58,484 nt of DNA, from NCBI GenBank assembly GCA_011620695.1, contig WOYT01000100.1, forward strand, positions 1 to 58,484. Reading direction: 5' to 3'. Made by a program: the position numbers and the translations under genes. This DNA comes from Proteiniphilum sp. Its GTDB lineage: Bacteria; Bacteroidota; Bacteroidia; Bacteroidales; Dysgonomonadaceae. Shown one piece after another: positions 18,593 to 28,727 of this stretch. The first letter of the stretch is position 1, and each line of letters opens with the position of its first letter. The notes below the pieces were generated by a model. The model had not been told where the DNA came from. It was given only the letters and a program-made list of their open reading frames with translations, and ran no database searches.

Positions 18593-20659
18593 ATGAACCA
18601 ATCAATGAACAGAATGAACAGACCAACAACCAAGCGTTCGATGTCGTTTCGCTTCCGGCGATTTGCACGCAAGTCCTACAGCGTCTTCAACAGTCTCCAC
18701 AAGGTGGTCACCATCGGCGTACTGAGCGGTAGCACGCTGTTAAGCGCCCACGCGGCACTGGTAAACCCGACCGAGGTGATCCGACTGGAAATGCCTGAAG
18801 ACACCATCCCCCCCACAGAGCTGGATGAGGTGGTGGTCACCGCTTCCAAGGCAGCACTGCCACTCAACCTGACAGCCAGGCTGGTCACGGTGATCCCGGC
18901 AGGTGAAATTGAGCGGGCTCCCGTACGCAGTATTGAAGATCTTTTGCAATATGCAGCAGGAGCCGATATCCAGCAACGCGGACCGCACGGCGTACAGGCG
19001 GACATCTCTCTTCGCGGCGGATCATTCGATCAGACAGCCATCCTCCTCAATGGTGTCAATCTCACCAATCCCCAGACAGGTCATTACAGCTTTGACCTCC
19101 CCATCAACCTCTCCGATATAGAACGCATCGAGATCGTGCAGGGCCCCTCCTCACTGATCTACGGTGCCGCTGCCTTCTCCGGGGGCATCAACATCATCAC
19201 GAAAAAAGACAATGCATCGGGTGCATCGGTCAGACTGGAAGGAGGTATGCACGGGCTTTTTGGAACAGAAGCAAGGGGGGCTTACAGGAAAAGGAACCAG
19301 TTGCATAGGCTCTCGGTCGGCTACAAACGCTCCGATGGCTATATCCGGAACAGCGACTACAAGATCTCCAACCTCATATGGCAGAGTCGTTTTGAAATCG
19401 AGGGATCACACATCGATTTACAGGCCGGAATGAACGACAAGGCATATGGTGCCAACACCTTCTATAGCGCCGCCTATCCCGACCAGTTCGATGATACAAA
19501 ATCGCTTTTCATTTCGCTTGGCGGGGAGACAACGGGAAAACTGAAGATGATTCCACAGCTATACTGGAGCCGCCACTATGACGAATTTCAGCTGATCCGC
19601 GACGGCACTCCCAACCGCCCCGACTGGTACAAGGAGCACAACTACCACCGCAGTGATCTCTTCGGAATGAACCTCAACATGCAATATGCCTCTGCCCTGG
19701 GCATCACCAGCTTCGGCGGTGAGTTCCGGAACGAAGGCATCCTGAGCAACGTGCTGGGCAAGCCGATGGAGGAACCCATCGGGAAATACAGCAAAGCAGA
19801 CAACCGCAGCAGCATCAGCTTTCACCTGGAACACAACCTCATCGTCCGCAATCTCACTTTCTCAATGGGCGGCCTGCTGCAACACCATACTGCTGTGGCA
19901 AACCAATATGATTTTTATCCCGCGCTGAACACATCGCTGCGGGCCACCAGGCATCTTACACTCTACGCCTCCTGGAACAGAGCCGGCCGCATGCCCACCT
20001 TCACCGATCTCTACTATACCACCGCCACGCATGTCGGCAACAGCAATCTGAAAGCAGAAGAGTCGGAGGCACTGGAAACAGGATTCCGTTACTCCCACCC
20101 GGTGGTGAAAGTAAACCTTGCAGCATTCTACATGGAAGGGCGTAACATGATCGACTGGGTGAAATCATCGCCCGAAGCGCTATGGGAGTCGACGAACCAC
20201 ACCCGAATCCACAAAAAAGGGGTTGAGACCGGTCTGCAGCTTGACCTGAGAGAGTGGCTGGGAACGAATCAACCATTTACAGCTTTCAAAGCCGGTTATC
20301 TCTACCTGCAACAGGAGAGGGTGGATGACAATCTGATCTCCAACTACACGCTGAACCACCTCCGACATAAATTTACGGCAGCCCTCCATCACCAGCTGAC
20401 GGGCAACCTCTCCCTCTCCTGGCATTTTCGTTGGCAGGAGCGGGCAGGTAGCTACATCCGTTACAGTGACGGCCAACCGGGTGAACGGGTGAGTTACCTC
20501 CCCTACTCCATCATCGACCTGAAAGCGATCTACCAGCTGGGGCAAACTGATCTCTACCTGGATGCCAACAACCTGTTCAACAACACCCATGTCGATATCG
20601 GCAATATCCCGCAACCAGGCTTCTGGCTGTCGGGAGGTATCAGCATTGCACTCAATTGA
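18593..20659 (+). CDS. TonB-dependent receptor (BtuB-like plug + barrel, no SusD partner)
   Basis: TonB box LDEVVVTA, plug motifs ISLRGG and IERIEIVQGPSSLIYGAAAFSGGINIIT, R.PTFTDLYY and NNLFN; TATCTTTG promoter at 18569-18576. Confidence 0.88.
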   Translation: MNQSMNRMNRPTTKRSMSFRFRRFARKSYSVFNSLHKVVTIGVLSGSTLLSAHAALVNPTEVIRLEMPEDTIPPTELDEVVVTASKAALPLNLTARLVTVIPAGEIERAPVRSIEDLLQYAAGADIQQRGPHGVQADISLRGGSFDQTAILLNGVNLTNPQTGHYSFDLPINLSDIERIEIVQGPSSLIYGAAAFSGGINIITKKDNASGASVRLEGGMHGLFGTEARGAYRKRNQLHRLSVGYKRSDGYIRNSDYKISNLIWQSRFEIEGSHIDLQAGMNDKAYGANTFYSAAYPDQFDDTKSLFISLGGETTGKLKMIPQLYWSRHYDEFQLIRDGTPNRPDWYKEHNYHRSDLFGMNLNMQYASALGITSFGGEFRNEGILSNVLGKPMEEPIGKYSKADNRSSISFHLEHNLIVRNLTFSMGGLLQHHTAVANQYDFYPALNTSLRATRHLTLYASWNRAGRMPTFTDLYYTTATHVGNSNLKAEESEALETGFRYSHPVVKVNLAAFYMEGRNMIDWVKSSPEALWESTNHTRIHKKGVETGLQLDLREWLGTNQPFTAFKAGYLYLQQERVDDNLISNYTLNHLRHKFTAALHHQLTGNLSLSWHFRWQERAGSYIRYSDGQPGERVSYLPYSIIDLKAIYQLGQTDLYLDANNLFNNTHVDIGNIPQPGFWLSGGISIALN

Positions 20660-20868
20660 TCGGTTCCGATCACCAATCGGGAAGAGACATTATTCTGCAG
20701 GGTGGGCACTACCGGCCAGGCAGCCGCATCCCACAATCGAAAGTTTTTTTCAGGCAGCAAAGAGAGGACCTTTTGTACAGTTTAGAACAAGAATGATTAT
20801 CTTTGTGGCATTTTAATCAAATTACGAAAATTCAGGTCGGCATATATCCATCATAAATAAAAGAACGC

Positions 20869-21360
20869 ATGAGAAGTAAAAGAGGGTACAACTATTCAAC
20901 CATACAGCTTTATGGACTCGTGATATTAAGAGTATTGATCGGCTGGTATTTCCTTTATGAGGGTTTGGCCAAAGTTTTAACACCCAAATGGACCGCCTAT
21001 GGGTACCTGATGGACTCACAGGGTCTGTTTGCGCCGCTCTTCAGGATGATCGCTGAAAATCCCGGTCTGCTGGCTGCGGCCGATTTCATCAATATCTGGG
21101 GACTCACACTGGTGGGACTGCTACTGATCCTGGGATTGTTCGAGAAAGCGGGTTACATGGGTGCGGCAATTTTTCTGATACTCTACTATCTCTCCCATCC
21201 GCCGTTGCTGCAGGCAGAATACCTGTTGCCAACCGAAGGCTCTTACCTTTGGGTGGACAAGAACCTGGTGATGCTGGCTGCTGTGGTCGTGCTCGCTCTC
21301 TTTCCCTCGGCAAAGAGGATCGGTATAGACAGAATCATTTATAAAAACAAATCCAAATGA
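20869..21360 (+). CDS. DoxX-family membrane protein
   Basis: Motifs LRVLIGWYFLYEGLAK, GLLLILG, VDKNLV and GIDR; four TM helices; TATCTTTG promoter at 20798-20805. Confidence 0.85.
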   Translation: MRSKRGYNYSTIQLYGLVILRVLIGWYFLYEGLAKVLTPKWTAYGYLMDSQGLFAPLFRMIAENPGLLAAADFINIWGLTLVGLLLILGLFEKAGYMGAAIFLILYYLSHPPLLQAEYLLPTEGSYLWVDKNLVMLAAVVVLALFPSAKRIGIDRIIYKNKSK

Positions 21361-23024
21361 GCGAAAAAGATATCAACCCGAACGAAAAGGCAAGCAATCA
21401 GGAGCATGCCCATCAGAAACCAGTCTCTCAGGGCAGAAGAGATGCCATCAAGGCACTGGCAACGGTGCCGGTGCTGGGTGCCATGGCTTACGGTGTATAT
21501 AGCAAAAGAAAACAGGAGTTGCGGAACATCACCTCAGCCGATATGTTTCATTTCAACTCCGAAGTATCACCCCTCACCCCGCTCTCTCCCGACGGAAAAA
21601 CCATCCGGCTGGGGATCATCGGGTCGGGGATACGGGGCAAGCAGCTGATGATCGCCCTCGGTTTCGCCACCCCCCAATATGTGGAGGAGTTGAAACAGGC
21701 GAACAAACAGAACAGCTCCGATAACCGTTACCGCGACTTCCGGGAACAGGAGGATCTGAAGGTGGTGATCACCGCTGTCTGCGACATCTTCGACGTGCAT
21801 GCGGAGGAAGCGATTGCCGCAGGAGCCAATATCCACCGCGAAGGGTTGAACGGAACCTATGGCACAGCACCCAGGCGATACCGCCATTACCGGGAGTTGC
21901 TTGCAGCCGACGATGTGGATGCAGTGGTGATCGCCGCCCCCGACCACTGGCATGGTCAGATGGCACTCGATGCCGCCCTGGCTGGCAAGCATGTGTACCT
22001 GGAGAAGCCGATGACCTGGACCGTGCCGGAGACCTATACCCTGCGTGATGGAGTGAAAAAGAGCGGCATCATCTTCCAGCTGGGACACCAGAACAGGCAG
22101 GTGGAGGCTTATTCCAGAGCTCGCGAGATCGTGAATAAAGGATTGCTGGGGCCGGTCACATTGATCGAGACAGGCACCAACCGCAACGATCCCAACGGAG
22201 CATGGGTCTACCCCATCCACCCCGATGCCAACCCGCAGACCATCGACTGGCAACAGTTTGAAGGTGACCCGGAACGGGTGAAAGAGTATATGGATTACAT
22301 GACCTCTGCCGGGCTGGCCAGATATGTGGGACCCGACCCGCGCAACAAATTCAGCCTGGAGCGCTTCTTCCGCTGGCGCTGTTGGTGGGATTACAGCACC
22401 GGTCTGAGCGGTGACCTGCTTACGCATGAGTATGACGCCATGAACCAGATCATGCAGCTGGGCATCCCCACCTCTGCCAGCTCCTCAGGAGGGGTCTATT
22501 TCTTCCGCGACGGACGTACGGTGCCCGACGTGCTGCAGACATCGTTCGAATTTGCCGACAGGGGAATGACCCTGCTCTACTCGGCCACCCTGGCCAGCCA
22601 GTTCAAAAGAAGCCGCAAGATCATGGGCCACGATGCCACCATGGAGGTGGGCAACACCCTCACGGTCACCATCGATCCCCGTTCGGAACAGTACCGCGAC
22701 AAAATCGACAACGGCACCATCAAGCCGGGAGAGCCATTCTACCACTACGTGCCGGGCAAGAGCATCGATGCGGTTACCTCTGCCACCGAGCTCTACTTCG
22801 CTGAACGGGGATTGCTTTACTCTTATGTGGATGGGAAACGGTACAATACCACCTATCTCCATCTGCGTGAGTGGCTGGAGTGCATCCGTAGCGGACAACA
22901 ACCCTCCTGTAACATCGACCGCGGCTTTGAAGAGGCGATCACGGCCCACATGGGCACCCGTGCCTATCTTGAGGGACGCACGATGTACTGGGATGCTGAG
23001 AAAGAGGAGATCACAAGGGGTTAA
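21357..23024 (+). CDS. Gfo/Idh/MocA-family NAD-dependent oxidoreductase with a twin-arginine-like N-terminus
   Basis: GRRDAIK plus hydrophobic helix; motifs GIIGSGIRG, VCDIF, AAPDHWH, GKHVYLEKP, QLGHQ and WR.WWDYSTG..GDLLTH; ATGA overlap with doxX. Confidence 0.88.
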   Translation: MSEKDINPNEKASNQEHAHQKPVSQGRRDAIKALATVPVLGAMAYGVYSKRKQELRNITSADMFHFNSEVSPLTPLSPDGKTIRLGIIGSGIRGKQLMIALGFATPQYVEELKQANKQNSSDNRYRDFREQEDLKVVITAVCDIFDVHAEEAIAAGANIHREGLNGTYGTAPRRYRHYRELLAADDVDAVVIAAPDHWHGQMALDAALAGKHVYLEKPMTWTVPETYTLRDGVKKSGIIFQLGHQNRQVEAYSRAREIVNKGLLGPVTLIETGTNRNDPNGAWVYPIHPDANPQTIDWQQFEGDPERVKEYMDYMTSAGLARYVGPDPRNKFSLERFFRWRCWWDYSTGLSGDLLTHEYDAMNQIMQLGIPTSASSSGGVYFFRDGRTVPDVLQTSFEFADRGMTLLYSATLASQFKRSRKIMGHDATMEVGNTLTVTIDPRSEQYRDKIDNGTIKPGEPFYHYVPGKSIDAVTSATELYFAERGLLYSYVDGKRYNTTYLHLREWLECIRSGQQPSCNIDRGFEEAITAHMGTRAYLEGRTMYWDAEKEEITRG

Positions 23025-25114
23025 CTGATCCGGCCCCAGTCGTACCGATTACCGGCCAGCCGGCTCAGCTGCTGCTTCAGCACCAGGTGTTCCGGTTGCG
23101 CCAGATGCGGATCCCGGTCGATTATCTTTTCCGCGATCTCACGAGCCCGGTAGAGGATGGCATTGTCCCGCACCAGGTCGGCGATATGCAGGTTGAAAGG
23201 AACGCCACTCTGCTGCGTACCCTCCAGGTCACCCGGTCCCCGCAGCTTCAGATCGGCCTCGGCGATCTCGAAACCGTCGTTGGTCCCGGTCATAATCTCT
23301 ATCCGCTTGCGGGTGTCGGCTGAGAGTTCGTATGGAGTGATCAGGATGCAGTAAGACTGGTCCGCACCGCGCCCCACCCTGCCCCTCAGCTGGTGCAGCT
23401 GCGAGAGACCGAAGCGCTGGGCGCTCTCGATCACCATTACAGTGGCGTTGGGTACGTTCACCCCCACCTCAATGACGGTGGTGGAGACCATTATTTGTGC
23501 CTCATTGTTTACAAACCGACGCATCACCTCCTCTTTTTCTGCCGCTTTCATCCGACCATGCATCTTGCAGACACTGAATTCCGGAAAGGCTTCCCGGATA
23601 TGCAGGTACCCCTCCTCCAGGTTCTTCAGGTCCAGCGTCTCGCTCTCCTCTATCAGCGGGTAAACAATGTAAACCTGTCGTCCCTGCACGATCTGCTCAC
23701 GAATGAACTGGTAGAGTGCGCCCCTCTTTTTGTCGTAGCGATGCAGCGTCTGCACCTGCTTGCGTCCGGGTGGCAGCTCATCGATCACCGACACATCCAG
23801 GTCGCCATAGACCGTCATGGCCAATGTTCGCGGGATGGGGGTGGCGGTCATCACCAGCACATGCGGTGGCTGCCGGTTCTTCTCCCAAAGCCTGGCACGC
23901 TGCACCACCCCGAAGCGGTGCTGCTCATCGATCACCACGAAGCCCAGGTTTCGGAACTGCACCACATCCTCTATCAGGGCGTGGGTGCCGATCAGGATAT
24001 CGATCTCTCCGCTGAGCAGGGCGGCATGAATCAATTCCCGCTCTTTTTTACGGGTGGAGCCAGTGAGGAGTGCCACCCGCACTTTCATCCCTCTCAGCAT
24101 CCGCGTAAAGGTCTCGTAGTGCTGCGATGCCAGGATCTCGGTGGGCGACATCAATGCCGACTGGAAGCCGTTGTCGCGGGCAATCAGCATGCACATGAGC
24201 GCTACCAGTGTTTTGCCGCTGCCCACATCGCCCTGCAGCAGGCGGTTCATCTGCCGGCCGGTAGCTGTATCACGCCGGATCTCTTTGATCACCCGCTTCT
24301 GTGCATTGGTAAGCTCAAAAGGCAGATGTTCCCGGAAAAAGGTATGGAGGCTTTCCCCCACTTTCCCGAAAACAAAACCTTTCAGCTTCTCCTTTCGCTC
24401 TGAGGCGTAACGTACAATGCTGAGCTGGATATAGAACAGCTCCTCAAACTTGAGACGGTACTCCGCATCACGCAACAGGGAGGGTGTTTTGGGGAAATGA
24501 ATGTTCTCCAGCGCATCGTGGAAGGGCATCAACCCTGCCTCTTGCACCACATCGGGGGAGAGTGATTCGGGCAACCGCTCTTTGATGAGCGAGAATGCGG
24601 CGGTGATGATCTTCTGCATGGCGCGGGAGTTGAGAAAATGGTTCTTCATCTTCTCAGTGGTGTTGTACATTGCCATGAGACCCTCAGGACGGTCCGACTC
24701 ATTCATGAAAGGATCGATGTCGGGGTGGGCAATGTTCCACTTCCCATTGAAGAGCGTGGGCTTACCAAAAACAATATACTCCTGATTGAGCTTGTACTTG
24801 CTCTCCACAAAACGGATACCCTGAAACCAGACCAGGTCCACGAAGCCGGTGCCGTCGGTGAAATGTGCCACCAGACGCCGCTTGTGTCCCTCACCGAGCG
24901 TCTCGAAGGCGGTGATCTTCCCTTTTAGTTGGATGTAAGCCTGGGCGCTGTCGATCTCATGCACGTAGTAGATCCGCGTACGGTCAATGTAGCGATAGGG
25001 ATACCAGCGCAACAGGTCGCCCAGCGTGAAGACATCGATCTCCTTTTGAAGGATCTCCGCTCTTTTGGGTCCCACACCGGGAACATATTGGATATCGGTC
25101 TGCAGAATGCTCAT
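23021..25114 (-). CDS. recG: ATP-dependent DNA helicase RecG
   Basis: Motifs GVGPKRA, RLKFEELF, LLQGDVGSGKT, DEQHRFGV, MTATPIPR, STTVIEVGV, QLHQLRGRVGR and DL.LRGPG; start MSILQ at 25114 after a TATATTTG promoter (25146-25153). Confidence 0.96.
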   Translation of the reverse strand: MSILQTDIQYVPGVGPKRAEILQKEIDVFTLGDLLRWYPYRYIDRTRIYYVHEIDSAQAYIQLKGKITAFETLGEGHKRRLVAHFTDGTGFVDLVWFQGIRFVESKYKLNQEYIVFGKPTLFNGKWNIAHPDIDPFMNESDRPEGLMAMYNTTEKMKNHFLNSRAMQKIITAAFSLIKERLPESLSPDVVQEAGLMPFHDALENIHFPKTPSLLRDAEYRLKFEELFYIQLSIVRYASERKEKLKGFVFGKVGESLHTFFREHLPFELTNAQKRVIKEIRRDTATGRQMNRLLQGDVGSGKTLVALMCMLIARDNGFQSALMSPTEILASQHYETFTRMLRGMKVRVALLTGSTRKKERELIHAALLSGEIDILIGTHALIEDVVQFRNLGFVVIDEQHRFGVVQRARLWEKNRQPPHVLVMTATPIPRTLAMTVYGDLDVSVIDELPPGRKQVQTLHRYDKKRGALYQFIREQIVQGRQVYIVYPLIEESETLDLKNLEEGYLHIREAFPEFSVCKMHGRMKAAEKEEVMRRFVNNEAQIMVSTTVIEVGVNVPNATVMVIESAQRFGLSQLHQLRGRVGRGADQSYCILITPYELSADTRKRIEIMTGTNDGFEIAEADLKLRGPGDLEGTQQSGVPFNLHIADLVRDNAILYRAREIAEKIIDRDPHLAQPEHLVLKQQLSRLAGNRYDWGRIS

Positions 25115-25238
25115 CGGGGTTGCCCGGCCATCTGCCGGTTCTGTGCAAATATACATAAAAATGGGGAACAGTTCAACCATTCCCCCTCGATTCATCTGTG
25201 ATGATGACACGCACGTCGGACTGCCATCCATAAGCGGA

Positions 25239-26510
25239 TCACCAGGCAAACAGCGGGTACTGACGCATGGTGCGGTTCACCTGATCGCGTACCACCGCAA
25301 TCTTTGTCTCATCGGCAAGCACCATGTCGATCATCTCCACGATCTCCTGCATCAATGCTTCCTTCCCGCCACGGGTGGTGATGGCAGGCGTACCGAAACG
25401 CAGGCCGGAGGTCTGGAAAGGTGAACGACTGTCGAACGGCACCATGTTCTTGTTGGTGGTGATATCGGCCTCTACCAGCATCTTCTCTGCTACCTTACCG
25501 GTCAGGCCGGGAAATTTTGTTCGCAAATCAACCAGAACAATGTGGTTGTCGGTACCCCCCGATACCACGTTGTAACCCTTGTCAGCAAATGCCTGGGCCA
25601 TCACGGCTGCATTTTTTTGAACCTGTGTCTGATAAGTTTTGTATTCCGGTTGCAGCGCTTCATAAAACGAAACTGCTTTAGAGGCAATCACGTGCTCCAG
25701 GGGACCTCCCTGCATTCCCGGGAAAACCGCCGAATCCAGCAGTGCCGACATCATCTTCACCTCCCCTTTGGGCGTGGTGAGCCCCCAGGGATTCTCGAAA
25801 TCCTTTCCCATCAGTATCACGCCGCCACGAGGCCCACGCAGTGTCTTGTGGGTGGTAGAAGTAACAATATGTGCGTGCTTGAGCGGATTCTCCAGCAAGC
25901 CTGCCGCAATCAGTCCCGCAGGATGCGCCATATCCACCATGAAGATGGCACCGATCTCATCGGCCACCCTGCGGATGCGGGCATAGTCCCATTCGCGCGA
26001 ATAGGCCGATGCGCCCGCGATGATCAGTTTTGGCCGTTCGGAGCGTGCCAGTGATTCCAGTTGGTCGTAATCTACCCGCTGGTCTTCTTCGCGTACATTA
26101 TAGGCGACAGGCTGAAACATCAAACCGGAGAAATTTACGGGAGAGCCGTGTGAAAGGTGACCGCCGTGCGAAAGATTCAATCCGAGGAACTTCTCTCCCG
26201 CTTTCAGGCAAGCCAGGAAGACGGCGGCGTTGGCCTGTGCGCCGGAGTGCGGCTGCACATTGGCCCATTCGGCATCAAAAATCTCCTTCAACCGGTCAAT
26301 GGCAAGCTGTTCGCTCAAATCAACCACTTCGCATCCGCCGTAATATCTTCTTCCGGGATAACCCTCGGCATACTTGTTGGTGAGCACCGACCCCATGGCC
26401 TGCATCACCTGCTCACTCACAAAGTTCTCCGAAGCAATCAGCTCGATCCCTTTCAATTGTCTCTCTTTCTCTTTTCCAATGATCTCAAAGAGTTGCCTGT
26501 CTTGTTGCAT
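25239..26510 (-). CDS. glyA: Serine hydroxymethyltransferase
   Basis: Motifs [28 protein letters not shown] and [14 protein letters not shown]; start MQQD at 26510. Confidence 0.97.
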   Translation of the reverse strand: MQQDRQLFEIIGKEKERQLKGIELIASENFVSEQVMQAMGSVLTNKYAEGYPGRRYYGGCEVVDLSEQLAIDRLKEIFDAEWANVQPHSGAQANAAVFLACLKAGEKFLGLNLSHGGHLSHGSPVNFSGLMFQPVAYNVREEDQRVDYDQLESLARSERPKLIIAGASAYSREWDYARIRRVADEIGAIFMVDMAHPAGLIAAGLLENPLKHAHIVTSTTHKTLRGPRGGVILMGKDFENPWGLTTPKGEVKMMSALLDSAVFPGMQGGPLEHVIASKAVSFYEALQPEYKTYQTQVQKNAAVMAQAFADKGYNVVSGGTDNHIVLVDLRTKFPGLTGKVAEKMLVEADITTNKNMVPFDSRSPFQTSGLRFGTPAITTRGGKEALMQEIVEMIDMVLADETKIAVVRDQVNRTMRQYPLFAW

Positions 26511-26588
26511 GCTGTTATGATTTGTAAGTAAAAGATGGCGCAAAGGTAATGAACATTTTCATTCTGGCGGGACAGCGATAACATTTTT

Positions 26589-27020
26589 TTATCTGCGACG
26601 ATTCAATCCGAACAATCCGCGCCGTTGCTTCGGTTCCGGCATCGCTGATGAGCCCGCCATGATCTGCAGGGCATTTCCATTGTTCACGGTAGCATTCACC
26701 GCGTTGTAGATCACACCCCAGTCCGGTAATCCGCCCAGGTTACGGTCGTCTATAAAGAGATCGGCTCTCAGTTTACGGGGGGCTTTTTCTCTATCCTCAC
26801 CGGGATAACTGGCATTTTCAGCGTAAAAATAGAGTCCCCGCTCGGCGCAATAATCAATGGCATCCTGCAACAGTTGCCCCTCACGGACGGTCCAGAGGAT
26901 CAGTTTGTGGTTGTCTTTCTGTAATTGGAGGAGCGTTTCGATGGCAAACGGAACAGGCTTGCCAATGGCGGGATATTCATGTTCGACGATGGTTCCGTCG
27001 AAATCTACTGCTATTACCAT
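26589..27020 (-). CDS. Small HAD-superfamily phosphatase-like protein (BT0820 type)
   Basis: Motifs IAVDFDGTIV, LILWTVR, RK..AD.FIDDRN and GG.PDW. Confidence 0.8.
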   Translation of the reverse strand: MVIAVDFDGTIVEHEYPAIGKPVPFAIETLLQLQKDNHKLILWTVREGQLLQDAIDYCAERGLYFYAENASYPGEDREKAPRKLRADLFIDDRNLGGLPDWGVIYNAVNATVNNGNALQIMAGSSAMPEPKQRRGLFGLNRRR

Positions 27021-27133
27021 ATTTTTTTACTTTTCCGGTTGTTTCTTACAGGCTACAAAGATAGCAAAAAACGACCATACAGGAGCCGATGGTTGAGACA
27101 GGGAAAAAAATCGGAAAATAGAATAGATGTCAC

Positions 27134-28165
27134 TTATTTTTGCTGATAAGCTCCGCTGGCAATATCCTCGAGCCACTGCTCGTGATTGAGATACCACTGC
27201 ACCGTCTTCTCGATACCCTCTTCAAATTGGAAAGAGGGCTCCCAACCGAGTTCATTCTTAAGCTTGGTGGCATCGATGGCATAGCGCAGATCATGCCCCG
27301 CACGGTCGGTGACATAGGTGATGAGAGGATCGGAGGTGCCGGCAGGGCGACCCAGCTGGCGATCCACAATCCTGATCAGCAGGCGGATCAAGTCGATGTT
27401 GCGCCACTCGTTCCATCCGCCAATGTTATAGGTCTCACCCTTCTTTCCCCGGTGAAAGATCAGATCGATGGCAGCCGCATGATCCTCCACGTAGAGCCAG
27501 TCTCGTACGTTCTCGCCCTTGCCGTAAACCGGCAGTGGCCTGTTGTGACGGATATTCTGAATGAAAAGAGGGATCAGCTTCTCGGGGAACTGGTTTGGAC
27601 CGTAATTGTTGGAGCAGTTGGATATCACCACCGGCAACCCGTAGGTGTCATGGTAGGCCCTTACGAAGTGATCGGAGGAGGCCTTGGAGGCAGAATAGGG
27701 GCTGTGCGGCTCATAGCGGCTCTCCTCTGTGAAGAACCCACCCTCCAGTGGCAATGCACCATAAACCTCGTCGGTAGAGACATGATAAAAAAGCCGGTCC
27801 TCAGTCCTGCCATTCCATTGCTCGCGTGCTGCCTGCAGCAGATTGAGCGTTCCCATCACGTTGGTGCGGGCAAAGGAAAAGGGATCGGTGATGGAGCGAT
27901 CCACGTGACTCTCCGCCGCCAGGTGGATCACCCCCTCAACGGCATGTTGAGAGAAGATCTCTCTCATCTGCTCATAGTCACAGATATCTGCCTGAACGAA
28001 GTGGTAGTTAGGCTTCGCTGATACATCGTCTAAGTTGGAGAGGTTGCCGGCATAGGTGAGCTTATCGAGGTTGATGATCCGGTAACCGGGATAATGGTTC
28101 ACGAAGCGGCGCACCACATGTGAGCCGATAAAGCCGGCACCTCCGGTGATCAGTATGTTCTTCAT
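27134..28165 (-). CDS. rfbB: dTDP-glucose 4,6-dehydratase
   Basis: Motifs TGGAGFIG, DKLTYAGN, AAESHVDRSI, STDEVYG, PYSASKA and NNYGP. Confidence 0.96.
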   Translation of the reverse strand: MKNILITGGAGFIGSHVVRRFVNHYPGYRIINLDKLTYAGNLSNLDDVSAKPNYHFVQADICDYEQMREIFSQHAVEGVIHLAAESHVDRSITDPFSFARTNVMGTLNLLQAAREQWNGRTEDRLFYHVSTDEVYGALPLEGGFFTEESRYEPHSPYSASKASSDHFVRAYHDTYGLPVVISNCSNNYGPNQFPEKLIPLFIQNIRHNRPLPVYGKGENVRDWLYVEDHAAAIDLIFHRGKKGETYNIGGWNEWRNIDLIRLLIRIVDRQLGRPAGTSDPLITYVTDRAGHDLRYAIDATKLKNELGWEPSFQFEEGIEKTVQWYLNHEQWLEDIASGAYQQK

Positions 28166-28689
28166 AACAGCGGATTGTTTTTATCTTTTTCGGAGAGAAT
28201 GATATCTTCCAGCGGCAGCTTCCAGTCGATTCCAAGCTTGGGATCATCCCAGCGGATGGCTCCCTCATAACCGGGAGCATAGTAGTTGTCGCACTTATAC
28301 TGGAACAGCGCCTCTTCACTCAGCACAACGAAGCCATGCGCGAAACCACGCGGGATGAAGAGCTGTCGCTTGTTCTCACCGGTCAGCTCGGTGCTGACAT
28401 ACTGACCGTAGGTGGGTGACCCCTCACGGATATCGACGGCCACATCGAGCACCCGGCCCTTCACCACACGCACCAGTTTGGCCTGCGCGAAGGGAGGCTT
28501 CTGAAAGTGCAACCCCCTCATCACACCATATACCGACTTGCTTTCGTTGTCCTGCACAAACAGGGTTTTACACACTTTCTCCTCAAACTCCCTTTGTGAG
28601 TAAGATTCGAAAAAGTAGCCTCTCTCATCGCCAAATACCCTGGGTTCGATGATCAGCACTCCTTCAATATTGGTTTTCAGTACGTTCAT
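28162..28689 (-). CDS. rfbC: dTDP-4-dehydrorhamnose 3,5-epimerase
   Basis: Motifs GDERGYFFE, QDNES, RGLHFQ, DVAVDIR.GSPT, GFAHGF and YKCD. Confidence 0.96.
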   Translation of the reverse strand: MNVLKTNIEGVLIIEPRVFGDERGYFFESYSQREFEEKVCKTLFVQDNESKSVYGVMRGLHFQKPPFAQAKLVRVVKGRVLDVAVDIREGSPTYGQYVSTELTGENKRQLFIPRGFAHGFVVLSEEALFQYKCDNYYAPGYEGAIRWDDPKLGIDWKLPLEDIILSEKDKNNPLL

Positions 28690-28695
28690 TTTTTT

Positions 28696-28722
28696 AGCTG
28701 TCAGCTGTCCCGATAAATCGGG
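28696..28722. repeat. Tandem heptamer (AGCTGTC x2) fused to a short palindrome CCCGAT-AA-ATCGGG
   Basis: Read directly in the 38-nt rfbA-rfbC spacer. Confidence 0.6.
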
Positions 28723-28727
28723 GTAAA

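Noticed and set aside
23021-23024. Convergent Gfo and recG stop codons share TTAA
   Set aside because: Common compact tail-to-tail overlap with no further signal
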